Assembly: GCA_965237955.1 (NCBI GenBank)
Contig: OZ250169.1
Location: forward strand, 4,896,001-4,960,000
Direction: 5' to 3'
Source: Candidatus Marinacidobacterales bacterium
GTDB taxonomy: Bacteria > Acidobacteriota > Vicinamibacteria > Marinacidobacterales > SMYC01
Length of the DNA stretch: 64,000 nt
Position 1 is the stretch's first letter. Every line of letters begins with the position of its first letter. Below are positions 29,904 through 39,705 of the stretch, one piece after another. The position numbers and the translations under genes were made by a program. The notes below the pieces were generated by a model. It searched no databases. It was not told where the DNA came from and saw nothing but the letters and a program-made list of their open reading frames with translations.

Positions 29904-31116
29904 GGTGCTTGCGCCATTCGCTGTTGATCAGGCAGCCGTTCTTTGATCGGGCGAGCAGGAGAACGTCGGCAGCTGGGCTGCGTCAGATTGTGTGACGTGG
30001 TCAGGAAGGGAGACGCACACGGCCGCGACAAAAACACGTAGAGAACCTCGTGCGGTGAAGATGTCGCTAAAGGTCAATGGCTTGCTCACCAAGCCGGCCT
30101 GTATCGCCGGCGTCCGGGTCTCGCGCCCGACTTCAAAGCTCTGTGCGGCCGGACGAAGTTGTAATGACAACGCAGGAGCTCAACGTGCTCGCGGAGCTGG
30201 TCTTCGCATCGGGCGTGGCATGGCGAGCGCCGGCGCAAGTACGCCGACCCTTGACGAATGGTCAGATTCAGGCGCTCGACGAACGATGTGTTCAGGGTCT
30301 CGGAATCCTCTGACTCCAACAGCGCGTCCTTCAAACGCCTCGCCGTGCCGATCTTCACGCGCCGCTCGACTAGGACGACGCGATTGTTCCGCCGAGTCTT
30401 GATCACTTGACCATAGACGCACGCGTGACCGATGAGGCGCACGATCACCCCGAAGTAGTACTCGAAGCCATCCGTGGCGATCAGTGGGAATCCGACGAAG
30501 CGTCCGCGGAGGATGACGTCGTTGAGTACGGCCTTGGTGTTTCGATAGGAGCGGCGGCCGACGAGGCTACTCGCCCACAAGCGGGAACACACCTCGATGG
30601 TCGCAAACAGCCACATGGGTCTGCTCTTGCTGCCGATGAACGTGTAGAGTTCATCGGCCTGAAGCTCAACGATCTCGAAGTCCCGCAGCATTTGCCGGTT
30701 GAAGCGCTCTGCCGCTCTCGAGGCCCGCTCGAGCCAGCGGGCGATCGTGTTGCGGGAATGACCCGTCACCCGGGCCGTCGCAGAAATGCTCACGCCCTCG
30801 ATTCGCAGGGTCGCTACTTGGTCGAACTCCCTCCGAGTGCAGCGGAGACCGCTGTACGCTGTGCCCGTATTCATGCTGGCCGTTCCCCCGCATGTTTTGC
30901 AGCGGTACCGCCGTCGTCGGCCCGACTTGGTCGTAAACCAGCCGTGCCCAACGATGTTGACGCCCCGCTTTCCAAAGTTGTCGCACCCGGGCTTGAAGCA
31001 TGCTTTGTGGTCGATCGGCCTCATCGCACAAGTGTACCGGGCTGAAAACCCAGCTGTTTCACCCACGATCTCACCTGCTTGAGGGCGACAGATCAACAGC
31101 GACCGGCGCAAGCACC
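29904..31116 (-). mobile_element. IS1-family element
   Basis: 26-bp IRs GGTGCTTGCGCC(AT/GG)TCGCTGTTGATC; no TSD, suggesting an adjacent deletion. Confidence 0.8.
29928..31024 (-). CDS. IS1-family transposase (frameshift near the 3' end, ~30130)
   Basis: Zn ribbon RYRCKTCG, HTH, QADELYTFIG, ATDG, NTSFVERLNLTIR, YNFVRPH; TPAIQAGL is in another frame. Confidence 0.8.
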
Positions 31117-31275
31117 AAGCGATTTCCCAAGAACTGGGAGCCGACGTTTCAGAGCTACGAGATTCCGCTTGCGCGGTTCGAGGGACTCGACGTGGAGGCG
31201 CTCGCCGCCATCCGGTTTCGCACCGAGGGTAGCGGTGTCGTGATCCTGGACGACATCGGGTTTCGGCGAAGATCA
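31117..31275 (+). pseudogene. C-terminal gene fragment cut by IS1
   Basis: FQSYEIPLARF...IRF...VILDDIGF resembles the end of a beta-sandwich domain. Confidence 0.35.
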
Positions 31276-32061
31276 GACGCGCTTTCGAGCGAGGCAGTCG
31301 AGCTGATGGGCGATATACAGTAGGCGGCGCTCTTCGATCTGTTGACGTCGGGTCGAAGCCCAACCCTCGGCGGCATCACCGACGGTGCGCTCGACCATAG
31401 CGACGACGCATTCGAGAAAGAAAGCTTCGTCGTTCGCGTAGCCGTCGCCCTCGGGACGCACGATCCAGTCGGAGCTTCCCATTTCCAGAACGTCGACCGG
31501 CTCGCTCGAAAGCGCGTGGAACAATCGTCGTCCGGTTTTGCTGTTTCCGATACCATCCATGGACGCGTGGTAGCGCGACAATATCGTTTGGTCGTCTTCA
31601 TGGGCCGGTTCGAAAACGGTCTCGCCGTCGAAGGTGATGGGGAAGTAGAGCAGCCCGCCCGGACGGGCCAGTGCGACGAGGCTTTTCAACGCGGGGGCGA
31701 GATCGACGATGTCGAGAAACGCGTGGGCTATCACGAAGTCGAACCGTGCGAGGTTCCAGTTGTCGGATGCGAAATCCGCCAGCGTTGACGCGACGAGCTC
31801 CGCCTGGACACGCCCGTCGAGCCGAGCGCGGGCGATCTCGACGAGAGCGGCGTCCTGCTCGACCGCAGTGTACGCGGGCTCCTTGACGACGTTCCAATCG
31901 AGCAGGCGCTCGAGGCCGGTTCCGATTCCGGCGCCGACGTCCACGATCGTCGGCGCATCGACTCCCTCGAGCTCCCGCCGAAGCCGCTCGAGGACGCGGC
32001 GGTCGAGGGCGCGGTCATCGACGGTGCGCTTCGCCTCGAGGTAGTGCGCTAGCTCGTGCAC
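31273..32061 (-). CDS. Class I SAM-dependent methyltransferase
   Basis: YLEAKRTVDDRAL, VDVGAGIG, AHAFLD, TFDG, SDW. Confidence 0.8.
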   Translation of the reverse strand: MHELAHYLEAKRTVDDRALDRRVLERLRRELEGVDAPTIVDVGAGIGTGLERLLDWNVVKEPAYTAVEQDAALVEIARARLDGRVQAELVASTLADFASDNWNLARFDFVIAHAFLDIVDLAPALKSLVALARPGGLLYFPITFDGETVFEPAHEDDQTILSRYHASMDGIGNSKTGRRLFHALSSEPVDVLEMGSSDWIVRPEGDGYANDEAFFLECVVAMVERTVGDAAEGWASTRRQQIEERRLLYIAHQLDCLARKRV

Positions 32062-32084
32062 GAGGATAGGATATAGCCAGTCGC

Positions 32085-32819
32085 ATGCTGGAGCGAGATC
32101 GCGTTTCGAGTCCGATTCTCGGGGATCTCCATGCGCGTTTGGACGAGGCCGAGCACGACGGCGCGGCTCGCGGGCGTCCTTTCGTTACGCTCGCCTACGC
32201 TCAGAGTCTCGACGGGAGCATTGCCGGGCAGGGGCGTCGTCCTCTCAGCTTGAGCGGACCGAGCTCTCTCCAGCTTACCCATGAGCTCCGCGCCGCCCAC
32301 AACGCCATCCTCGTCGGGATCGGCACGGTGTTGTCCGACAACCCACAACTGAACGTGCGCCTCGTTCCCGGCTCGGATCCGCAACCGATCGTCGTCGACA
32401 GCCGCTTGCGACTCCCCGAAGCGGCCCATCTCATGGAAAGTGGGCGCGGCACGTGGCTCGCGGTGACACCCGACGCCGGCGAGCAGGATGAAACACGTGT
32501 CCGGGCCCGTGGTGCGGATGTTCTGCGAACGCCGGCTCTCGACAACGGTTGGGTCGACCTCGAGGCCCTCATGGGGAGTCTCTCGGAGCGCGGCCTTGCA
32601 CATCTTCTCGTGGAAGGCGGCGCTCGTATCTTGACGAGCTTCTTGAAAGCTCGGCTCGTGGATTACGTCGTCATCACGGTTTCGCCTCAATTCGTTGGCG
32701 GGGTTCCCGCGCTTTGCGAGACCGAGCTATCCCCGTTTCCGCGTCTTCGGTCGTGGCAGACCGAGCGGGTCGGGGAGGATCTCATCATGGCCGGCGAGCT
32801 CGCCTGGTCTGATGAATGA
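32085..32819 (+). CDS. RibD C-terminal reductase-domain protein
   Basis: YAQSLDGSIA, AILVGIGTVLSDNPQLNVR, LLVEGG; no deaminase domain. Confidence 0.85.
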   Translation: MLERDRVSSPILGDLHARLDEAEHDGAARGRPFVTLAYAQSLDGSIAGQGRRPLSLSGPSSLQLTHELRAAHNAILVGIGTVLSDNPQLNVRLVPGSDPQPIVVDSRLRLPEAAHLMESGRGTWLAVTPDAGEQDETRVRARGADVLRTPALDNGWVDLEALMGSLSERGLAHLLVEGGARILTSFLKARLVDYVVITVSPQFVGGVPALCETELSPFPRLRSWQTERVGEDLIMAGELAWSDE

Positions 32820-33805
32820 CCCGACGAATGAACCGCCGCTTGGTCGTGTTTGCGGCGCCGGGTCGCATCGAAGTTACCGACGACGACATCCCATCCCCGC
32901 AACCAGGCGAGGTGCTCGTGCGTACGCTCGTCTCGGGCATCAGCGCGGGGACCGAGCTTCATGTCTATCGCGGAGATATTTCCGAAGGTGTGCTCCTCGA
33001 CGAGAGCTTGCCGTCCCTTCAGGAGCCGTTTCGCTATCCGGCGACTTACGGCTACGCGTCGGTGGGGGAGGTCGTCGACGATGGCCGGCGCGTGTTCGCG
33101 TTTCAGCCTCACGTGAGTCACTACGTCGCCGACGAAGACGAGCTGTACGAGCTGCCGGAAGACCTATCGTCGGAAGCCGCCGCGCTATGGGCGAGTGTCG
33201 AGACCGCCGTGAATCTCGTTCTGGATGCGCGGCCGCTCGTCGGCGAGCGCGTGCTCGTCGTCGGACAGGGCGTGGTCGGATTGGCAACTACGTCAATCTT
33301 GTCCCGATTCCCACTCGGCGAGCTTTGGACGATCGAGCCGATCGAATCGCGGCGAGCCGCCTCGGAGCGATGTGGCGCCGCCAGCTCGTTTCATCCTGAT
33401 GAGGCAAACGACGCCGGCGTTCTCGAGCGCTTCGACCTCACCATCGAGCTATCGGGATCGGCCGCGGGACTCAATCTCGCCATCGGCGCCACTGGTTTCG
33501 AAGGCCGGGTGGTTGTTGGCTCCTGGTACGGCGACAAGTCAGTGTCCGTGGATCTGGGGACGCATTTTCATCGCGGCCGGCTGCAACTCCTCATCATCAG
33601 TAGCCAGGTGAGCCACCTCGGCTCGCCGCTCCTGTCTCGTTGGACGAAGGCGCGCCGCATGGAGGTCGCGGCGGATGCCCTCTCTCGCCTCCCCGCGGAA
33701 GCCATTATCACCCATCGTTTCCCGGTCGAGCGTGCCGCGGACGCGTACGCGCTCATCGACGAGCGAGCGGATGCGTGTCTGCAGGTGCTGCTGACCTATA
33801 CTTGA
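32816..33805 (+). CDS. MDR/Zn-binding-family dehydrogenase
   Basis: SGISAGTE, GYASVG, GQGVVG, GSWYG, SSQV. Confidence 0.85.
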   Translation: MTRRMNRRLVVFAAPGRIEVTDDDIPSPQPGEVLVRTLVSGISAGTELHVYRGDISEGVLLDESLPSLQEPFRYPATYGYASVGEVVDDGRRVFAFQPHVSHYVADEDELYELPEDLSSEAAALWASVETAVNLVLDARPLVGERVLVVGQGVVGLATTSILSRFPLGELWTIEPIESRRAASERCGAASSFHPDEANDAGVLERFDLTIELSGSAAGLNLAIGATGFEGRVVVGSWYGDKSVSVDLGTHFHRGRLQLLIISSQVSHLGSPLLSRWTKARRMEVAADALSRLPAEAIITHRFPVERAADAYALIDERADACLQVLLTYT

Positions 33806-33811
33806 GCCGAC

Positions 33812-34225
33812 ATGGCGAAGTACGCACTCGGGGTCAACACCGAGTTCACCGCGAAGCACTATCTCGTCGGGGGAGAATTCGGTCCGGAGGGCGAGCTGCA
33901 CGCCCATGACTATCGGGTCGAGGTCGTCCTCGAGGGCGACGAGCTGGACGAGCACGGCTTCCTCGTCGATATCGTGCGCGTGAAAGCCGAGCTCGCGCGT
34001 CTCGCCGCGCGCTACCGCGACGCGATATTGAACGATCTACCCGAGCTCGAGGGCAAGAACCCCGGATGCGAGGAGTTCTCGCGCGTCTTTGCCGAGTCGC
34101 TTCGAGACGGGCTAGATCAGAGAAGCCTGTTGAGCCTGTCCAACCTGTCAGGCCTGACTATCAAGATTTGGGAAAACCCTGAAGCCTGGGCGCAGTGTCG
34201 CCTCGAACTGTCAACGTCGGAGTAA
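33812..34225 (+). CDS. 6-pyruvoyl-tetrahydropterin synthase/QueD-fold protein (non-canonical)
   Basis: FTAKH, FGPEGELHAHDY, LNDLPEL, NP..E, IWE; lacks the CxxxHGH Cys. Confidence 0.85.
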   Translation: MAKYALGVNTEFTAKHYLVGGEFGPEGELHAHDYRVEVVLEGDELDEHGFLVDIVRVKAELARLAARYRDAILNDLPELEGKNPGCEEFSRVFAESLRDGLDQRSLLSLSNLSGLTIKIWENPEAWAQCRLELSTSE

Positions 34226-34227
34226 GA

Positions 34228-36156
34228 ATGGCAACCGAGACATTCCAGTTTCAAACCGAAGTTCAAGAGCTCCTCGAGCTGATCATCCACTCGCTCTATT
34301 CGCACAAGGACATCTTCTTGCGCGAGCTCGTCTCAAACGCATCGGATGCGAGCGACCGTCTTCGTTTCGAAGCGCTCACGAAGCCGGAGCTTCTCACCCC
34401 GGACAGCGGAGCGGCGAAGCTCGAGATCCGGCTCGAAGTTGACAAAGACGCCAGGACGCTCACCGTCCACGACAACGGGATCGGGATGAGCAAGAAAGAG
34501 CTCGTCGACAACATTGGCACGATCGCAAAGTCGGGAACGCGCGAGCTCACCGAGAAGATTCAAAAAGCGAAGATGAAAAAAGCCCAGAAAGGCCAAAGAG
34601 AAGAGACGAGCGACGTGGGCGAGCTCATTGGACAATTCGGCGTCGGTTTCTACTCGTCGTTCATGGTGTCGAAGAAAGTCGAGCTTACGACGCGCCGAGC
34701 CGGGCAGAAGACGGCGACGCGGTGGGAATCGGACGGGAAGGGCGACTACAGCATCGAAAAGGCCGAGCGGGAGACCAGCGGCACGAGTATCACCCTTCAT
34801 CTCGAGCCAGTCGACGAAGAGCAAGGTCTCGAGGACTTCACCGACGAGCATGTCCTATCCCGCATCATCCGCCGGTACTCGGACTTCATCGCGTACCCGA
34901 TCGTGCTCCGGGTCGAGGACGGTGAAGACGAGACGCTCAACTCGATGAAGCCGATCTGGGAGCGGGCCGCCTCGGACGTCACCGACGAAGAGTACGGCGA
35001 ATTCTACAAGCACATTTCGCACGACTGGCGCGACCCCCTCGAGCGGATTCTGCAGCGCGCGGAAGGGCTCATCGAGTACAAGGCTCTGTTGTTCATTCCG
35101 AGCGAGGCGCCGGTCGACCTCTATTACGTGGGCCACGAGTCCGGACTTCGTCTGTACGTGAAGCGGGTCTCGATCATGGAGCACTGCGAGGAGCTTTTGC
35201 CTCGCTACCTCCGCTTCATGCAGGGCGTCGTGGATTCAGCCGACTTACCGCTCAACGTTTCGCGGGAGATCCTCCAGCATGACCGGCAAATCCGACAGAT
35301 TCGCAAAGGACTTCAGAAAAAGGTTCTCGACACGTTCCAGAAGATGAAGGCGGACGACGAAGAGAAATACCTGAAGTTCTGGACACCGTTCGGACGCGCT
35401 CTGAAAGAAGGCGTCGCCGAAGACTTCGAGAACCGTGACAAGCTCGTGGAGCTGTTGCTATTCGCCTCGTCGCGCGATCCCGAGAAGCTCACATCGCTCG
35501 CGGACTACCTCGAACGTATGCAGGAAGGGCAGGACGCCATCTACTACATGACCGGCGAGAGTCGCGAGGTGATCGAGAGCTCGCCGCACCTCGAAGCGTT
35601 CAGCGACAAGGGCGTCGAGGTCCTCTACCTGAGTGACGCCGTCGACGAGCTGCTCGTGCAGACGCTGACCGAGTACAAAGACAAGAAGCTCCAGTCGGCG
35701 GGGAAGGGCACCGTCGACCTCGGTACCGAAGAAGAAAAAGAAGGCAACAAGAAAGAGCTCGACGAGAAGGCGGAGACGTTCGAGGCGCTTCTCGAGCGCA
35801 TGAAGACATCGCTCTCGGATCGCGTGAAAGAAGTGCGTCTGTCCTCGCGCCTCACGAGCTCACCCGCATGCCTGGTCGGAGGCGAGCAGGACGTCAGCCC
35901 CCGGGTCGAGAAGTGGCTTCGTCAACAGCAACAGGGCGACGCGCCAGCGCAAAAACGCATTCTCGAGATGAACCCCGACCATCCGATCGTGACGGGGTTG
36001 AAGGCGAAGTTCGACGTTCAAGAGACCACGGAAGCGGTTCCGGAGTACGCGGAGCTTCTTTACGGCTACGCGCTTTTGGCCGAGGGGTCGGAGATTTCCG
36101 ATCCCGCCGAGTTCGCCCGCCGTTTCGCCGCGCTGATGGAGCGCGGCCTGAACTAG
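34228..36156 (+). CDS. htpG: Hsp90 chaperone HtpG
   Basis: FLRELVSNASDA, DNGIGM, IGQFGVGFYS, LPLNVSRE. Confidence 0.97.
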   Translation: MATETFQFQTEVQELLELIIHSLYSHKDIFLRELVSNASDASDRLRFEALTKPELLTPDSGAAKLEIRLEVDKDARTLTVHDNGIGMSKKELVDNIGTIAKSGTRELTEKIQKAKMKKAQKGQREETSDVGELIGQFGVGFYSSFMVSKKVELTTRRAGQKTATRWESDGKGDYSIEKAERETSGTSITLHLEPVDEEQGLEDFTDEHVLSRIIRRYSDFIAYPIVLRVEDGEDETLNSMKPIWERAASDVTDEEYGEFYKHISHDWRDPLERILQRAEGLIEYKALLFIPSEAPVDLYYVGHESGLRLYVKRVSIMEHCEELLPRYLRFMQGVVDSADLPLNVSREILQHDRQIRQIRKGLQKKVLDTFQKMKADDEEKYLKFWTPFGRALKEGVAEDFENRDKLVELLLFASSRDPEKLTSLADYLERMQEGQDAIYYMTGESREVIESSPHLEAFSDKGVEVLYLSDAVDELLVQTLTEYKDKKLQSAGKGTVDLGTEEEKEGNKKELDEKAETFEALLERMKTSLSDRVKEVRLSSRLTSSPACLVGGEQDVSPRVEKWLRQQQQGDAPAQKRILEMNPDHPIVTGLKAKFDVQETTEAVPEYAELLYGYALLAEGSEISDPAEFARRFAALMERGLN

Positions 36157-36164
36157 TACTAGTC

Positions 36165-36941
36165 CTAGTGCCCCAAGTTGAGATGCCGGACGACGCGGCG
36201 GACGGCGAAGCGGGGTGAGAGCCTGACCAAAACCGCCAGAAAACGATTCGCGAGACCGGGAATGGCGACAGCCTTCCCCTTGACCATGGCGCGATAGCCG
36301 ACCTCGGCGACGAAACGGGCGTCCTGCATCCCCAGACGGATCAAACCGGAATCCGCTATCTGCGCGCGGGCTTGGAATCCGGTGGCGGTGACACCAGGGC
36401 AAAGGGCGGTGACGGTCACCCCGGTACCGCGGAGCTCTTCCGTCAGCGCTTCCGAGAACGAGAGCACATAGGCCTTGGTTGCATAGTACACGGCCATGAA
36501 CGGGCCGGGCTGGAAAGCTGCGGTGGAGGCGATGTTCAGTATCTGTCCACGCCCCCGATCGACCATGTCGGGTAGAAACAGACGCGTGAGATGAGTCAAC
36601 GCGGTGATGTTCACCTGTATTATCTCGAGTTGATTGCTGGATTCGGCTTGCTGAAATGGGCCGAGATACGCGAATCCGGCGTTATTGATCAGCGCGCCGA
36701 CCTCGAGACCGCGCGAGGTAATCTCTGCTCGAGTCTTTTCGGCGGCGCCGGGCTCGCCGAGATCCTGAACGAGAACCTCCACGCTCACCCCGTGTTCCGA
36801 GCGCAGCGACTCTGCGAGCGAAGACAGCTTGTCCTCGCTGCGAGCCAGGAGCACGAGGTTTCTTTTATGCGCCGCGCACAACGTGGCTAACTCGCGCCCG
36901 ATCCCGCTCGATGCGCCGGTGACAAGAGTGAACGTCGACAT
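36165..36941 (-). CDS. Short-chain dehydrogenase/reductase
   Basis: TGASSGIG, NNAG, YYATK. Confidence 0.92.
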   Translation of the reverse strand: MSTFTLVTGASSGIGRELATLCAAHKRNLVLLARSEDKLSSLAESLRSEHGVSVEVLVQDLGEPGAAEKTRAEITSRGLEVGALINNAGFAYLGPFQQAESSNQLEIIQVNITALTHLTRLFLPDMVDRGRGQILNIASTAAFQPGPFMAVYYATKAYVLSFSEALTEELRGTGVTVTALCPGVTATGFQARAQIADSGLIRLGMQDARFVAEVGYRAMVKGKAVAIPGLANRFLAVLVRLSPRFAVRRVVRHLNLGH

Positions 36942-37005
36942 GTCGCTGACTATAGCGGGATGGACCCGGGTTGTCAGCTCGGCTTCTCCCGCTTACACTC
37001 TTGGT

Positions 37006-37500
37006 ATGGCTCTCAGTTGTCCCAACTGTGATTTCGCCATCGATGATGAACTGCCCCGGCTGGCAGAATCCGCCCAGGTCCTGTGCCCACAATGCCAGGA
37101 GCCGTTGACGTTGCCGGAAATGACCATCCCGATCTCGATCGCGGATACGCCACTAATGTCGTCGCCGTCGTCGGCGCCGCAACCCGGCCTCGATCCGAAC
37201 AAGAAATATACCCTCCTCATTGTCAGTGGCAAGGAAGCGGGCAAAGTCCTCGACATCGAAAAGTCGGTGGTGACCATCGGTCGCGTCGGTTGCGATCTCG
37301 TCGTCGACGACCCGGAGCTGTCACGTCGCCACGTGCGGGTCGAGATTCAGGGTGCGGAGGTCACGCTGAAAGACCTCGACAGCACCAACGGTACCTTCAT
37401 GGATGACGAGCGTATTCGCGAAGTGTCCATCGACAATCGCTCGAAGTTTCGCGTCGGAAGCCACGAGATCGCCCTGGTGATAACCGACCAGGACGAGTGA
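37006..37500 (+). CDS. Zinc-ribbon plus FHA domain protein
   Basis: CPNC...CPQC, then IGR...SRRH...STNGT. Confidence 0.85.
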   Translation: MALSCPNCDFAIDDELPRLAESAQVLCPQCQEPLTLPEMTIPISIADTPLMSSPSSAPQPGLDPNKKYTLLIVSGKEAGKVLDIEKSVVTIGRVGCDLVVDDPELSRRHVRVEIQGAEVTLKDLDSTNGTFMDDERIREVSIDNRSKFRVGSHEIALVITDQDE

Positions 37501-37565
37501 AGATTCACTAGTTTCGGGTATAATACCGCCTCGCAATTTTCCCTTACCCCTCTTGCGAGTGCGGC

Positions 37566-39635
37566 ATGACGTATCCTTTTAAAAACAAAGAGATTAGCTG
37601 GCTCTCTTTCAATGAAAGGGTTCTGCAGGAGGCGAGCGACCGAAGCGTCCCCCTCATCGAGCGTATTCGCTTTCTAGGCATTTACTCGTCGAACCAGGAC
37701 GAGTTCTTCCGTGTTCGGGTGGCGACGCTGCATCGGCTGGCGCGACTGGGGAAGAAAGGCAAAAAGCTTCTCGGCCACGACCCCCGTGCCGTCATCTCCG
37801 AGATCAAAGACATCATCTTGCGGCAGCAGGAAGTCTTTCAGGGGGTCTACGAGCATCTCCTGGGAGAGTTGGCGACGGAAGGTATCCACGTCGTCGACGA
37901 GACGAAACTCACCGCCGAGCAGGGCGAGTTCGTGAGGAGCTACTTCCGTCAGCACGTCCGCCAGAAGCTGACGCCGCTCATGGTGAGCGAGAAGATGCGG
38001 TTTCCCGAGCTCAAGGACAGGTCGATTTATCTCGCGACGCGGCTCCGGACGCGCGGAGCGAAACCGGATCGATACGCGCTCATCGAAGTGCCAACTCCCG
38101 AGTCATCGCGTTTTCTGATCCTGCCGCAAGTCGACGCTCATCAATACGTCATCCTGCTCGAGGACGTCATCCGCTACAACTTGAAAGAGATTTTCTCGTT
38201 GTTCAAGTTCGAGGCCATCGACTCGCACCTGATCAAGCTGACGCGCGACGCGGAGCTCGATATCGACGACGACGTCACCGAGAGTTACCTTCGCAAAGTC
38301 GTGAAAAGCGTCAAACACCGCAAGGAAGGCAATCCCGTCCGCTTCGTTTACGACCGTGAGGTTTCCACCGAGCTTCTCAGTTTCATCAAACGCAAGCTGC
38401 GCATTCGCGGTGAAGACAGCACCGTACCGGGAGGGCGCACCCACAATTTTAAGGACTTCATCGATTTTCCGCAGATCGGTAAAGACGCGCTCTTGTATCC
38501 CAGGCTCGATCCCGTACCGGTGGCGCCCCTCGAAACGACCCGGAGCATCATGGCGTTCATGCGAGAGCGTGATCTCCTGTTGAATTTCCCGTACGAGTCG
38601 TTCGACTACATCATCGATCTGCTACGTGAGGCCGCGATCGATCCGAAAGTGACGGAGATCAAAGTGACTCTGTACCGCGTGGCTCGCCATTCGAGCGTCG
38701 CGAATGCGCTCATCAACGCTGCCCGCAACGGGAAAGACGTTACGGTCATCATCGAGCTCCAGGCCCGATTCGACGAGGAGACCAATATCGCGCTCGCCAA
38801 CCAGCTCCAGGAGGAAGGTGCGCAGGTCGTTTTTGGCGTGCCCGGGCTGAAGGTCCACGCGAAGATCGGCCTGATTTTGCGTCAGGAGAAAGGAAAGATC
38901 GCACGCTACGCGTTTCTCGGTACCGGGAACCTCAACGAGGATACCGGCAAGCTGTACTCGGATCATTGCCTGTTCACGACCGATCGCAGGCTGACGCGCG
39001 AAGTCGACGCCGTATTCGACTTTCTTCAGGACAACTATCGGGTACCCACATTCAAACACCTCGTGGTCGCGCCGTTTACGCTTCGTGAGCGGATGGTCGA
39101 GCTCGTGCTCACGGAGATCAAGAACGCGCGCAAGGGCAAGAAAGCCGCGATCGATCTCAAGCTCAACAATCTCACCGACCCGGATATGATCGGCCTCCTG
39201 TACGAAGCCGCGGAGGCGGGCGTTCACGTTCGCCTCAACGTGCGCGGAATGTACTCGGTGCTACCTCATACGCTGGAGCATCAGAAAAACATCGAAGCCA
39301 TCGGGATCATCGACAGGCTTCTCGAGCATACTCGCATCTTGGTGTTCCATAACGGCGGTGAAGAAAAAGTGTTTCTGTCGTCCGGAGATTGGATGACGCG
39401 GAATCTCGATCGGCGGGTCGAAGTTACCTTCCCCGTCTACGATGCCGACTTGCAACAAGAGCTCAAAGCGCTTCTAGAGATTCAGTGGCAGGACAACGTG
39501 AAGGCGCGGATTCTCAGCGCCGAGATGATGAATCAATACCGGCCGCGCAAAGGGAAGGCCGTGCGCGCGCAAATGGCCTTTTACGATTATCTGCGCGCCC
39601 GAGCCGACGAGTCCGCGGAACAAGCTTCGGCGTGA
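37566..39635 (+). CDS. ppk1: Polyphosphate kinase 1
   Basis: SWLSFNERVL, TLYRVA, ARFDE, KVHAK, DWMTRNLDRRVE. Confidence 0.96.
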   Translation: MTYPFKNKEISWLSFNERVLQEASDRSVPLIERIRFLGIYSSNQDEFFRVRVATLHRLARLGKKGKKLLGHDPRAVISEIKDIILRQQEVFQGVYEHLLGELATEGIHVVDETKLTAEQGEFVRSYFRQHVRQKLTPLMVSEKMRFPELKDRSIYLATRLRTRGAKPDRYALIEVPTPESSRFLILPQVDAHQYVILLEDVIRYNLKEIFSLFKFEAIDSHLIKLTRDAELDIDDDVTESYLRKVVKSVKHRKEGNPVRFVYDREVSTELLSFIKRKLRIRGEDSTVPGGRTHNFKDFIDFPQIGKDALLYPRLDPVPVAPLETTRSIMAFMRERDLLLNFPYESFDYIIDLLREAAIDPKVTEIKVTLYRVARHSSVANALINAARNGKDVTVIIELQARFDEETNIALANQLQEEGAQVVFGVPGLKVHAKIGLILRQEKGKIARYAFLGTGNLNEDTGKLYSDHCLFTTDRRLTREVDAVFDFLQDNYRVPTFKHLVVAPFTLRERMVELVLTEIKNARKGKKAAIDLKLNNLTDPDMIGLLYEAAEAGVHVRLNVRGMYSVLPHTLEHQKNIEAIGIIDRLLEHTRILVFHNGGEEKVFLSSGDWMTRNLDRRVEVTFPVYDADLQQELKALLEIQWQDNVKARILSAEMMNQYRPRKGKAVRAQMAFYDYLRARADESAEQASA

Positions 39636-39705
39636 GCGCGGCGTTCATCCGCCGCCAGCTGACGGCTGATAGCCGATGGCCGACGGCGCCTCAAGACGGC
39701 GACCC

